A stretch of DNA of 64,000 nucleotides, taken from NCBI RefSeq assembly GCF_006345805.1, contig NC_042999.1:11284001-11348000 (forward strand), in the 5' to 3' direction. Source of the DNA: Octopus sinensis (lineage: Eukaryota). The first letter of the stretch is position 1; each line of letters starts with the position of its first letter. This document shows positions 1-11,825 of this stretch, one piece after another. The position numbers were made by a program, and so were the translations under genes. Under the pieces are notes generated by a model. It had not been told where the DNA came from and made no database searches. It saw nothing but the letters and a program-made list of their open reading frames with translations.

Positions 1-297
1 GAATTACAAAAAGAATATTTAGCCCTATATTTATTATGAAAAGCTGAAGAGCATAGATTGAACAGGATTCATATTTTAATTGTACTCAACTTTGAATTCA
101 TTTAGATAAACTCCGTCCAATGTAGAATTATATAATTGTGATACACAATAGATTTAAATCAAATTAATTGATGATTTGGGGAAATACATTTTAAAATAAA
201 TTTGAATTTAATTTGCCAAAATATTTTCTTTGCTTTGAGACCGAGGAACAGGTCACGGTCCCAAAGCGACAAAAATAAATTTGAATTAATTAAAGTT

Positions 298-565
298 CAT
301 CATCATTGTTTAACATTTGTTTTCCATGGTAGCATGGGTTGGACAGTTCGACTGGGGTGTGGGAAGCCAGGAGGCTGCACCAGGCTCCAGTTTGATCTGG
401 CAATGTTTCTACAGCTGGATGCCCTTCCTAACGCCAACCACTCCGTGAGTGTAGTGGGTGCTTTTTAAGTGCCACCAGCACAGGGGCCAGGTGAGGCTGG
501 CAATGGCCACGTTCGGATGGTGCTTTTTTTTTATGTGCCACCAGCACAGAAGCCAGCCAAGGTGA
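298..565 (-). mobile_element. RTE 3'-end fragment (representative of about 25 copies)
   Basis: Reverse complement of the LINE 3' UTR (7680-8077) including the (GAT)n tail. Other approximate starts: 1958(-), 2895(+), 9320(+), 10200(+), 12340(+), 12720(+), 19182(-), 23112(+), 26157(-), 29857(-), 31063(+), 31310(-), 38270(+), 44680(-), 57370(-), 58570(-), 59315(-), 61040(+), 61555(-), 62100(-). Confidence 0.85.
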
Positions 566-1032
566 CACTAATTATGTAATTATTCAACTGATGGTATCTT
601 AATGAAACAGCTGTTCAACAGAAAATATACACTATTTGAAATTGTATATTTCTGCTTGTTCTGTTCAATATTGTTGCTTTTAAAGATCATTTTAGCTGAT
701 TATGTAAATATATGCAAATCACTCCCTGCCGAATTACTGCAATGTAATTACATGTTCGAATCTAATGACTTCTAATTTTTAAGCTCTTAGTTACCATGGA
801 TTTATTCTTTGATCCTTACACATTAATTCTCTAAATTTTTTATTTACCAACACTTTGAAGTTTCATTTATTCTTCTTGAAAATAACCTCATAAATTCACT
901 CTCAGACACGGTTTTAACATCACAAGAAAAGGTCATCAAGAAAAGTTTGCCATTTTCCCCTCATTTAATCTTTTACATAGTCTTTTTTTCCTTTCTAAAT
1001 AGTAAAGAAAATAGTTCTATTTTTATACTCAC

Positions 1033-1160
1033 TCAATTTTAGAGAAATAACTCCTGAAAAGATCTGATTCATGTTTATCACACTCTCTATGTTGTACAGG
1101 TATGTCATCCAGGTATGTATCTAATTCAACGGTTTTGTAGGCTGCAGTGGCATATTCATC
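1033..1160 (-). CDS. Gelsolin-like protein, exon 6 ([42 protein letters not shown]); gene continues beyond the left edge
   Basis: tgttcag| acceptor and |gtgagt donor, 128 nt. Contains the DEYxxAAxKTVELD...PVQHRE...ESxLFxSYF motif. Confidence 0.95.
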
Positions 1161-2610
1161 CTGAACAGCAAAAGAATATACATTATTGTCATAGCATCTC
1201 CCTTTCCTATGCTTGCATTGGTCAGGGAGATCTTTCTACGGCCAGATGTCCTCCTTCCCATCACTAATCCTCACCTGTATCCAAGCAAGGTGAGATTCCA
1301 CATGAATTACACCACTTATACAACAACAACAATCACATACAACAACAACAGAAGCTTTCTTTCCAGTTTCCGTCTGCCAAATGCACTCACAAGGTTTTGG
1401 TTAGCATCGGCCAAAGTGTCCTCTGATTAACCAGACAGCCAAGCGTTTGTGTTTGTAACCATATGATTTGAGGTTCAGTTACCCTGCAGAGCACCTTCAG
1501 TGAGGGTTTTCTATTATAGCCTGGGGTTAAACAAAGTCTTAAGACTTGTATCAAACATTGATAGTAACTGAAAACTAGTACATAAAAGATTAAACATGTT
1601 GCCTAGATTAGTAAGAGCAGTTTTGAATTTCCTCTGGAACCCAATAACGGATTTTAGAAAGAGAAGCAGTTCACTGGGTCCTGAAATCTTCTAGACACAC
1701 ACAAAGTATCTCTGACTGGGTTTTGTTACTTTTTAAAGACTATCTTGGAATCGCTTAATACCTTCCTTTCAGAAGTTAAACTGAAAGAGAAATATAATCC
1801 AATCACTGAAATGTTTCATTTCGACTATAAACAACTGAAATGAATAAAAGCAACAGCTAAAAATCCTTTCACAAAAACACATTAAGATTTTATAGGTTCC
1901 TCTATGTGATCACTTAACTTGCAAGAAATAGCAGTCAAATTTCCAACTACACTCAACCTTCATCATCATCATCGTTTGACATCTGTTCTCCATGCTAGCA
2001 TGGGTTGGACGGTTCGACTGGGGTCTGAGAAGCCAGGAGGCTGCACCAGGCTCCAGTCTGATCTGGCAGTGTTTTTACAGCTGGATGCCCTTCCTAATGC
2101 CAACCACTCCATGAGTGTGGTGGGTGCTTTTTATGTGCCACTGGCACAGGTGCCAGAGGAGGCTGGCAAATGGCCATGATCGGTTGGTGCTTTTTACATG
2201 TCACCAACACGGACGCCAGTCAGGCGTTGCTGGCATGTTCCACGTTCAGATGGTGCTTTTTACACGTCACGGGCACAGGTGTCTTAACCACAATTTCCAT
2301 TTGATTTTTAATAAGAAAATTGGATGTACTTTGAGATACACTATACTGGAATAAAAAAAGAAATTAGAGAGGATGGTCATGGCTAGAACGTCTTTGATCT
2401 TCTGCCTCTGACTAGAACCGACTTAGGACTTTACCACAACAATGTTTAGATTTGAATTTGAAGTAATTTTTGGATTCAGGCCCAAAATATTTTGAAGCAG
2501 ATTCAACTACGAATAATGCTGACAGCAGTTGTTTGCTTGTTGTCAGAGGAAACCCCGTCTCATCAGATGGAATGTGTTCATAGCACACACGATTCATCAC
2601 TGCAAGGAGA

Positions 2611-2661
2611 CTTTAAGACACTGCAGTGTTTCACCCTCATTGAGTGTCTCATCAGTCAAAG
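2611..2661 (-). ncRNA. Minimal type I hammerhead ribozyme motif (GUC cleavage triplet)
   Basis: Minus strand: CUUUGA-CUGAUGA-G-ACACUC AAU GAGGGU-GAAAC ACUGCAGU GUC-UUAAAG. Core intact; helices I, II and III can all pair. Confidence 0.75.
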
Positions 2662-3651
2662 CTATGCTGGATCAAGGAATCAAAACAACTGAATTTTGTT
2701 TTATATCAACCACATTATTTGTTGATGCATGTTGATGTTTGCTAAACAGATGATAATTCATGGGGCACACATGGAACAAAGAAAATTTAAGCATATAAAG
2801 TTAGCTTAAAATTTCATATGTCGCATGTATAAGAGGAGATGATCCAATAAAGACTGTCAGATAAACTTATAAAACATTAACTAAAATCTTTTTGAAGAGC
2901 ACCTGTGCCAGTGGTACATAAGAAGCACCTTTTGAGTGTTGGGCCTCACAGAAGAAACGACAAATGACCGAGACCTTTGGCAATATGCTGCGCTTGAGAA
3001 GGAAGACCCCTGAAGCCAAGTGAAACCGTAGTTGTGGCAGATACTGGGGTCACGCAATTAGTACCCATGCTGGAGACATGTAAAAACACCCATGACACTC
3101 TTGGAGTGGTTGGCATTAGGAAGGGCATCCAGCCATAGAAACCATACCAAATCAGACAGGAGTCTGGTGCAGCCTTCCAGCCTTGCCAGCCCTGGTCAAA
3201 CCTTCCAACTCATGCCAGCATGGACAATGAATGTTAAATGATGATGATGGTGGTGGTGATGAATAACATTTATTTTTACTAATATTTTTTCCCACAAATT
3301 CTTTAAACATTGATTTTTTCTTTTAACTGGATTAAGGTTAAACTGCAATTTCTTTTCCCCATTGCAATAAGAAAATACTTCAGCAGAAAAATAAAATCAA
3401 ACTCTGATCTTTTTAAAATTTTAAACAGATTTTACAGAACTTAAAAGAAAACTTTCTCCTCAGTGTTTATCCCAATTTTTTAGACACCAGCTGGGATAGA
3501 CTTCCATTTACCATATAAGGTAATATGGGGTAACTTGTACCATAGCCAAATATGGTCTGTGAGTGTGTGTTTGAGAGATGTAGATTAGACGGATTTGTCA
3601 AATTCTTGAACACTAATCAATGTAGACAAGATTCCATTTACCAGGGGCAAG

Positions 3652-3890
3652 CTGTGTCACATCGAGTCACTGCTTCACATCGAGTTACTGCGTCACATCG
3701 AGTCACTGCGTCACATCGAGTCACTGCGTCACATCGAGTCACTGCGTCACATCGAGTCACTGCGTCACATCGAGTCACTGCGTCACATCGAGTCACTGCG
3801 TCACATCGAGTCACTGCGTCACATCGAGTCACTGTGTCACATCGAGTCACTGTGTCACATCGAGTCACTGTGTCATATCGAGTCACTGTG
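3652..3890. repeat. 18-bp minisatellite, about 13 copies (GTCACATCGAGTCACTGC)
   Basis: Directly visible head-to-tail array. Confidence 0.97.
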
Positions 3891-3998
3891 AGTCCAATGT
3901 TCTAAGAATTCTCACTACCAAACCATTAGTTTGTCACCTGAAATGTTTAATAATAATTCTCAAAATTAATCTTGTCTTTTACTTTTAAATATACTAAC

Positions 3999-4064
3999 CT
4001 GAGTACTGTCTTCGCCAATCCAGAAATGAACATCATGGAGGAGTTTATTTTCCTTTAAGTAACT
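3999..4064 (-). CDS. Gelsolin-like protein, exon 5 (SYLKENKLLHDVHFWIGEDSTQ)
   Basis: ttttgtcag| acceptor and |gttagt donor, 66 nt. Contains the DVHFWIG..STQ motif. Confidence 0.95.
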
Positions 4065-4879
4065 CTGACAAAATAGAATTTAAGAGGAAAAAAAATCCAA
4101 AATTAAAAATCATTGAAACTTTATTGAAATTTTTAAGAAACAATGAAAACGAACTATTTTGACTGAAATATAATTAACAATATGTCTAGATTTCAATTAC
4201 TATGGAGGCTGTAAAAATTATTAAAATGAAAAGGAAATCTACTGAAGATGATGTGTGGAGATATTTATTGTGGCTGAAATACTTCAACCAACTGTTCTGC
4301 TCATATATCAATAGTTAAATTATTAAGAAAGCAAAAATAATCTTTATAAAATAGAAAAAAAACCCCAAGAAACTGGTAAAAAATTCAACTGAAAACATGT
4401 GTAATAAAGAGAGAAGCTCGGAATTCCTATCTTCAAAGAATTTTGTTGTTAACCCTTTTGAGACTAAACGTACATTTGTTTCTGTGATACAAATGTTTTG
4501 TTTTAAAATTAGTATTTGACGACAGAAGAGATGCATGGGCGACATATTAGACATCTCCCAGTTTTAGCAGAGAATATTCAGGAAAACAAAGCTCTTGGCA
4601 CACTAAACAATGTAATCTTAACTTAAAGGACGTCCAACTTTGCATAAAGGACATGAAGGGGGGATTTATAGACACATCTTATAATCCATTAAGTACGGCA
4701 ATTAAATGAAAATCTTCCATCAAAACATGTTAATCTAGGCTCTAAATATCAGTTTAATGACAAATTCTTCATGATTTTCCAAATTAACTGAATGAGGAAA
4801 ATGGTAACAAAAAAAGGTTAAACAAGAAAATCATTCATTTTATGCTGGAGATATGAAGAGAGATCTAAACATCAGAAAC

Positions 4880-7800
4880 GAAATGGGTGGATAAGGTCAT
4901 AGAGGTAGCAAGGGTGTGCAATAGAGTACTTAAACTCAGGCTAGTCTTGCAGAATAGTATAGCTACAATTATATCTGCCTACACCCCACAAGCGGGCCTA
5001 CCAAATGAACAGAAGGATCACTTTTATGATATTCTTCTGTAGGATACCTCAAGGACGGGTGACAATGATCTCATCTTTGTGGCTGGAGATTTTAAACGGA
5101 CATGTTGGACAGCAACCTGGTATCTTCCAAGGTGTACATGGGGGCCATGGAGTTGGTACCAGAAATGAAGAGGGAGTTCTGCAATGCAAATAAACTATTG
5201 ATCTGCAACACCAACTTCAGGAAGCTGACCAGCCACCTGATAACCAATCAATCAGGTGATTCTGCTGGCCAGATTGATTTCATCCTCACCAGACAGCAGG
5301 ATGCATGGTTGCTCTTAAATACAAAGACTCTTCCTGGGGAAGAATGCTCCTCCCCCCCACTCCTAGCAACGACTGGTCATTAGTGACTTTAGACTGAAGG
5401 CCAGAAGGATGCCAAAAAGCAGACCAATCTGGAAAAGAAGGACTTGGAAGCTTAAGAACCCTTCGCAGGGTCAGAGATGTAGGGATACCCTTACCGTGAA
5501 ATTTGATGATAGGGAAGAGGAGCTACAGTCCTGTGACATAGAAGGCAGCTGGGAATTCCTGTGAGACAGCTTGCTGAGTGCCACAGACCAAATCTGTGGC
5601 TGGTGCAAAGTCCCTTCCAGACATAGGGTAGCATGGTGGTGGAACAATACTGTAGATAGGGCCACTAGAGTAAAGAAACAGGCCTGGAAGAGTGGAGGGT
5701 AGCAGGAGACTGTACCAGACAGCCAAAATGGAAGCTAGGGGATAGGTGTATCTAGCCAAGGGAGTAGCAGAAAAGAAGTTTGCCAATGTTCAGCAAGGTG
5801 AAGACCGAAGAACTGAAGTATTTCGGATTGCAAGACAGTGTGTGAGAGAAAACTGTAATGTCATAGGAGAGAAATGTGTCCACATGGATGATGGTGCCCT
5901 TGCATTTGATAATTCTGAAAAGAAAGAGGCTTGGAGATGCCATTATGAAAGACTGCCTGAGGTGAAGAACGAATGGGAGGAGGAGAGTCTGCAGAAGGTT
6001 GATCCAGTTGAGGGATCAACTACCCAAATCGACAGTACCCTGGTAGATAGAGCAATTAAGGATATGAAGACAGGGAAAGCACCTGGCCCATCAGGAACCA
6101 CCACTGAGATGCTTAAAATATCAGGCGGTGAGGGTTATGGTTTTGTCACCCGCATCATAAATCAGGGAGTTCATGAAGGGGTCATAGCCAATGACTGGTG
6201 TAGCAGCACCATAGTCAACTGCTACAAGGGTGAAGGTGATGCTTTAGATAGAAATAACTACAGGGGTATCAAATTATTAGATCACGTGATGAAAGTCAGA
6301 GAGAGGGTCATAGCCCAACTAATTAGGGAGAGAGTCAGTTTAGATGAAATGCAGTTAGCCTAGATGAAATGTGTCAGGGAGAAGCACCACTGATGCTATA
6401 TTCCTGGTAAGACAGCTGCAGGAGAAATACCTAGCCAAAGATAAACCTTTGTACCTGGCTTTTGCTGACATGGAGAAAGCCTTTGACAAGGTCCCCTGAT
6501 CCCTTATCTGGTGGTCAATGAGGAAACTAGGGATAGATGAATGGTTAGTGAGAGCTGTGCAAGCCATGTACAGGGATGCTGTCAGTAAGGTGAGGGTTGG
6601 CAACGAGTACAGTGAAGAATTCCGAGTATGGGTAGGGGTTTCCTAAGGATCAGTCCCCAGGCCCTTCTTATTCATTATAGTCCTCCAGGCAATAACAGAG
6701 GAATTCAAGACAGGCGGCTCCTGGGAGCTCCTCTATGCCAATGACCTTGCTCTAATAGCTGAGTCACTGCTAGAACTAGAGACAAGGTTTAGAGTGTGGA
6801 AGTAAGGTCTAGAATCGAAGGCCTTTAGGGTTAACCAAGCAAAAACCAAAGTTTTAAGAAGTAGAAAGGCTGACAAATCACAAACCCCTTCAGGTAGATG
6901 GCCCTGCTCAATCTGTAGTAAAGGCGTGAGTAGAAACGCCATACGATGTACCCAGTGTAAGCTATGGGCACATAAAAGGTGCAACAATATCAAAGGAAGG
7001 TTAACGGGGAAGATAATTTTTGTGTGTGGCAGATGCACAGGGGCAATAAACACTGAAGATGTACAAACAGATTCCATCACATGCCAGGGGGAGAAACTAG
7101 AAGTAGTTGACAGCTTCTGTTACCTAGGTAACCAAGTCTGTAGTGGGAGTGGTTGCTCTGAGAGTGTAGCAGCTAGAATACGAATAGCCTGGGAAAAGTT
7201 TAGAAAGCTTCTACCTCTACTGGTGACAAAGGCCTCTTGCTCAGAGTGAAAGGGAGATTGTACGATGCATGTGTGCCAACTGCCATGCTACATGGCAGTG
7301 AAACATGGGCCGTGAATGCTGAGGACATGCATAGGCTTGAAAGAAATGAAGCCAGTATGCTCCACTGGATGGGTTTTGTCAGAGTGCCTACATGATGGAA
7401 TGTGAGCACTCTGAGAGAAAAGTTGGACATAAGAAGCATCAGATGTGGTGTGCAAGAGAGACGACTGCACTGGTATGGTCAAGTGTTACATATGGATGGG
7501 GACAGCTGTGTGAGGAAGTGCCACTCCCTAACTGCGGAAGGAACCTGTGGAAGAGGTAGACCCAGGAAGAGATGGGATGAGGTGGTGAAGCATGACCTTC
7601 GAACATTGGGCCTCACAGAGGCAATGAGAGACTGAGACCTTATGAGATGTGCAGTGATTGAGAAGACCCAGCAACTAAAGTGAGATCGCAACCATGGCCA
7701 ATGCCAGTGTTGCATGTCCGGCCCATTTAAAAGTACCCTTGATGCGTCGGATAACATGATATGCTTGAGAAGACCTGCTGAGTCAAGTAAAACCAAAATC

Positions 7801-8077
7801 GTAGCTGTGGCCAGTGCCTACTAACCATTCTGGTGGCATGTAAAATGCATCATCCTAACATGGTTGATGTCAGTGTTCCCTGACTGGCCCCCATGCCGGT
7901 GGCACGTAGAAAGCATCCACTACACTCTCACAGTGGTTGGCGTTAGGAAGGGCATCAAGTTGTAGAAACATTACCAGATCAGATTGGAGCCTAGTGTAGC
8001 CACTGGCTCTCCAGACTACAGTCAAACCGTCCAACCCATGCCAGCATGGAAAATGGATGTTAAACGATGATGATGAT
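4880..8077 (+). mobile_element. 5'-truncated, decayed RTE-clade LINE (APE endonuclease + RT + 3' UTR + (GAT)n tail)
   Basis: Motifs IISAYTPQ, GDF-GHVG, QIDFIL, MKTGKAPGPSG, NYRGIKLL, DMEKAFD, YAND (YADD), RGRPRKRW, with several stops and frameshifts. Ends in gatgatgatgat; possible ATCAGAA target duplication. Confidence 0.93.
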
Positions 8078-8338
8078 CAGAATGAAAACTCACGTAAGTA
8101 ATAGTATTTTTAAGAAAGATTCATAGAATACAATTATTTCTGAAAAGGATGCATGGAGGATGAAGCAAAAGCAATCAGCCTCTGTAGGAGGCAGCTCAAG
8201 ATGGCATTGGCTGGCAGGAAATAGTTGTGGCTCTCTGCTCTTTATGGACTCAGCAAAGAAAATATATTTGTCAAGAATACCAAAAAGCAGATTTAATTGG
8301 TGCCAAAACAGTTTGAGTTTATAAATGTTTCTGTTTAA

Positions 8339-8551
8339 TCCTTTAGTTACCATATTTCTGCTGAAATTCCCCACCTTTGTTGCAACTGATTTGGAAAATA
8401 ATGGAAAATTCAGTAAAATAATTTCGTTGTTTATGAAGTTGATATTCAGAGGAAATAATGAAATTTTGATGGTTTTAATTGAGATCTCTTTAAAATAGGG
8501 AATTTGTGTCTTAGAACCAAGGATAATCTCAGACAGGTTGGTATGAAAAGG
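8339..8551. mobile_element. Second TTAA-flanked MITE family
   Basis: TTAA flanks with short CCTTT/AAAGG ends. Similar sequence at about 50410-50625 and, inverted, at about 4450-4820. Confidence 0.5.
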
Positions 8552-8786
8552 TTAACTAAATATTATGACATTTGCTGGTTTGAGAAATTCCATTTGGCGA
8601 TTATTCCATCTTAGATATAAACTTCTAGTTTATTGCATTAGAGAAATATTATCTGCACATGGATCTAATTCTGTGAGGTTAATTCATTAATCTTAATATT
8701 TTATACCAAAAATAGAGAAAGCTGAGGAGTAAATTAACTAAAAAAAACAAAACAAAAGGAAATGAAGAAAAAGCCGCATAACTTAC

Positions 8787-8861
8787 ATGTAAGACAATGT
8801 AGCTGTCTCCTCTGTAAAACTTGCCATAGTCTTTTTCAGGCCATTCCTTCACTTCGAATTT
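8787..8861 (-). CDS. Gelsolin-like protein, exon 4 (KFEVKEWPEKDYGKFYRGDSYIVLH)
   Basis: AAG acceptor and |gtaagt donor, 75 nt. Contains the YGxFYxGDSYIVL gelsolin motif. Confidence 0.95.
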
Positions 8862-10741
8862 CTTCAAATAATAATAAATAAATAGAACAAACACAACACT
8901 TAAATAAGACATTGAATGACTTTTGGTTGAAAAACAAAAAAATATTTCGTCTCAAAAAAGAATAAAAACTGTGAGCATGGAGGGCAATTAGGCACTCGAC
9001 CGATTTCATCACAAAACCTACATAATGGCAAATGTTAACAAATTACTTTTTTCCCCATTTGAAAGAAATACACTTAAAAACCACTAAAAAGTCGTATTTT
9101 GCACAGATTCCTTTCTTTTCTTTTGTTTTCTTTTCATATTCACTGGAGAGAAATAAAAGAATTGTAAATGTTGAGGATTTTTTTTATTTTAGATTCGGAC
9201 ATGGTCATATGATTAAGTAGTCCACTTCCCCAAACACATGGCTTCACGCTCGGTTGCACTGCACGCATGTTGAACAAGAGTCTGAGAAAAATTTAAGACC
9301 CTACAAATAATGTGAGTTCATGGCTGCTTCCTGCACCAGTTTCGCATAGCCCCAGCCCATCCAAAGTACCTTGGATTGCAGAACGACCTGCTGTGCTTAC
9401 CTTGGATCGTAGGGTGACCTGCTGTGCTTGAGGAGACCTATTGAGTCAAGTACATCAACATCAAAAAATCAAATGGAAATTGTAGTTGTGATACCTGTGC
9501 TGGTGGAACGTAAAAAGCACCATCTGAACATGGCCAATGCCAGCCTCCCCTGGCACCTGTGCTGGTGGCACGTAACAAGTGTTAATTGCCACATTAATAC
9601 TGGTTTCAAATGTTGGCACAAGGCCAGCAATTTCGGATGTGTGTGTGTGTGTAGGGGTGGGTGGGTGATGAATTGATTATATTATTCCCAGAGTCTGACT
9701 GGTCGTTATTTTGTCGACACTAAAGAGATGAAAGACAAAATCAACCTCAGCAGAATTTGAACTCAAAACAAAGACCAATGAAATTCCACTCAGCATTTTG
9801 CCCATCATGCTAACGAATTTGCCAATTTGCCACCTTATATAATAATAATAATAAAAATAAATGCCCTGATGCAGTTCCAGGCAGTGGCTCTCGTGGCTTC
9901 TGATCTTAACTGATTGGAAGTGTTATCATGTACATTGTTTTGTTTTGGTATAAAAGATGGGCTACAGCAAATATTCTGCTCAATACCACAGATTTGCTTG
10001 TCAGTTGTTTGACCTTCACCAGTTGAGCATGTCCCTCAGTGGCTGACGATATGTGCATCGATGAATTTTTGAAGGATGCAGTGTCCTGACATAACTGACC
10101 AAAGGACTTTATGCCATGCTTCAATGAATCTGTGGGTGAAAAGTGTTTCTCAAAGTCATGGACACTGCACGGTTTTTGTTTTTATTTATTTTATAAGAGT
10201 GTGATACCTGTGCCAGTGGCACGTAAAATGCACCAACCGATCGTGGCCGCTGCCAGACTCCCCTGGCACCTGTGCCGGTGGCACGTAAAAAGCACCCACT
10301 ACACTCACGGAGTGGTTAGTGTTAGGAAGAGCATCCAGCTGTAGAAACACTGCCAGATCAGACTAAAGCCTGGTGCAGCCTTCTGGCTTCCCAGACCCCG
10401 ATCGAACCATCCAACCCATGCTAGCATGGAGAACAGACGTTAAACGATGATGATGATGATGTTGAGTGTTTGACACTTTGAATTGAAAAAGGTGACCAAA
10501 GATGCTGTTGGAAAGGTAAGTCCTGGGGTCAATTTGTTCGACTAAAGATGGTGCTCCAGCATGGCCGCAGTCAAATGACTGAAACAAGTAAAAGAGTAGA
10601 TTTCATGGGCTCCTGTCATGATGGTTGGTAGACATGGAAGCTTTAGAGTGTCGATGACCAGAGCAGCAAGACAGTCAAAGATATGGTCAAAGACTGGCAG
10701 GAAATATTTGGTTGCACATCTCTGGACAGCTTCAAGCTGAT

Positions 10742-10995
10742 CAGTGGGTCTCACCATTTTTCCTATCTATGAATCCCTTTGATTCCCGTTTTATCCAAAT
10801 GGAACCCCTTAGCCATTTGAGGTTTTAAAAAAATCTTATTTTTTTAATATTATTAGGAACTGGAGAAACAAATCTGTGAAAATATTTTGTGCATTGCAGA
10901 AGTGGCACCAGTTTATTGCAGATAAATTCTAAGAATGAAATCTTCAATGGACCCACACCCAAAGGGCCATATGGACCCCGGTTGAAAAAGAACTG
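10742..10995. mobile_element. Possible hAT-type MITE
   Basis: Imperfect CAGT...ACTG termini with GGACCCC-like subterminal motifs. Confidence 0.35.
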
Positions 10996-11751
10996 CATCA
11001 GAACAATATTATTGACAAAATGGGGGTTTCAGGCTGGAGATGTAAACTATAAGTGTGGAGGTGCCACAGCCAAGCCATATTGTGGCACTCCATCAGTTAC
11101 GATGACGAGGGTTCCAGTTGATCCGATCAACGGATCAGCCTGCTTGGGAAATTAACATGCAAGTGGCTGAGCAGTCCACAGACATGTGTACCCTTAACAT
11201 AGTTCTTGGGGAGATTCAGCATGACACAGAGTGTGACAAGGCTGACCCCTTTGAAATACAAGTACAACAGAAACAGGAAGAAAGAATTAGAGAAAGTTGT
11301 GGTGAAAGAGTACAGCAGGGTTCGCTCCACCCCCTGCCGGAGCCTCATGGAGCTTTAATTGTTTTCACTTAATAAACACTCACAACACCCGGTCTGGGAA
11401 TTGAAACTGCGATCCTACGACTGCAAGTCTGCTGCCCTAACCACTGGGCTGTTGCACCTCCACCAAACCATATAAAGGTTTAAATAAACAACTGCTACTG
11501 AGTGAATGACAAAAATCTTGTTGACTGATTCCAAGATAACTTTAACCGTTTGCATAAAGTTAGATATGTGGTTTGTGCAGCAGAACCCCTTGCTGAGAAT
11601 ATACTGCCCTTCCCTGAAGTGAAATTGAAACCTTATACCTCATATATGAATTAGCAATGAATTTATCAACAGACCAAAATACACAATAAAAATAAAATAA
11701 CAATGTCTAAATAAAGTTTAAAAGCTGTCACCACAAAGAAAAGGTCCCTAC

Positions 11752-11825
11752 CTCAATGCGCCAGACTTTTAAACCGGGTCCTTCCCCTGTGCCATGCCAC
11801 ATGGGTTCTTTGGAAGCTGCATCCT
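11752..11825 (-). CDS. Gelsolin-like protein, exon 3 ((K)DAASKEPMWHGTGEGPGLKVWRIE)
   Basis: ttaatag| acceptor and |gtaggg donor, 74 nt, phases fit. GLxVWRIE marks the start of gelsolin domain 1. Confidence 0.95.

Noticed and set aside
3552-3905. ORFs with SHRVTA / AVTRCD repeats
   Set aside because: By-product of an 18-bp stop-free tandem repeat; no splice or homology support.
5746-6363. 205-aa ORF as a functional protein
   Set aside because: An open segment of a LINE ORF broken by stops and frameshifts on both sides, with YADD mutated to YAND.
8679-8912. 77-aa ORF as a stand-alone gene
   Set aside because: Only 8787-8861 is coding (gelsolin exon 4); the rest is intron read-through.
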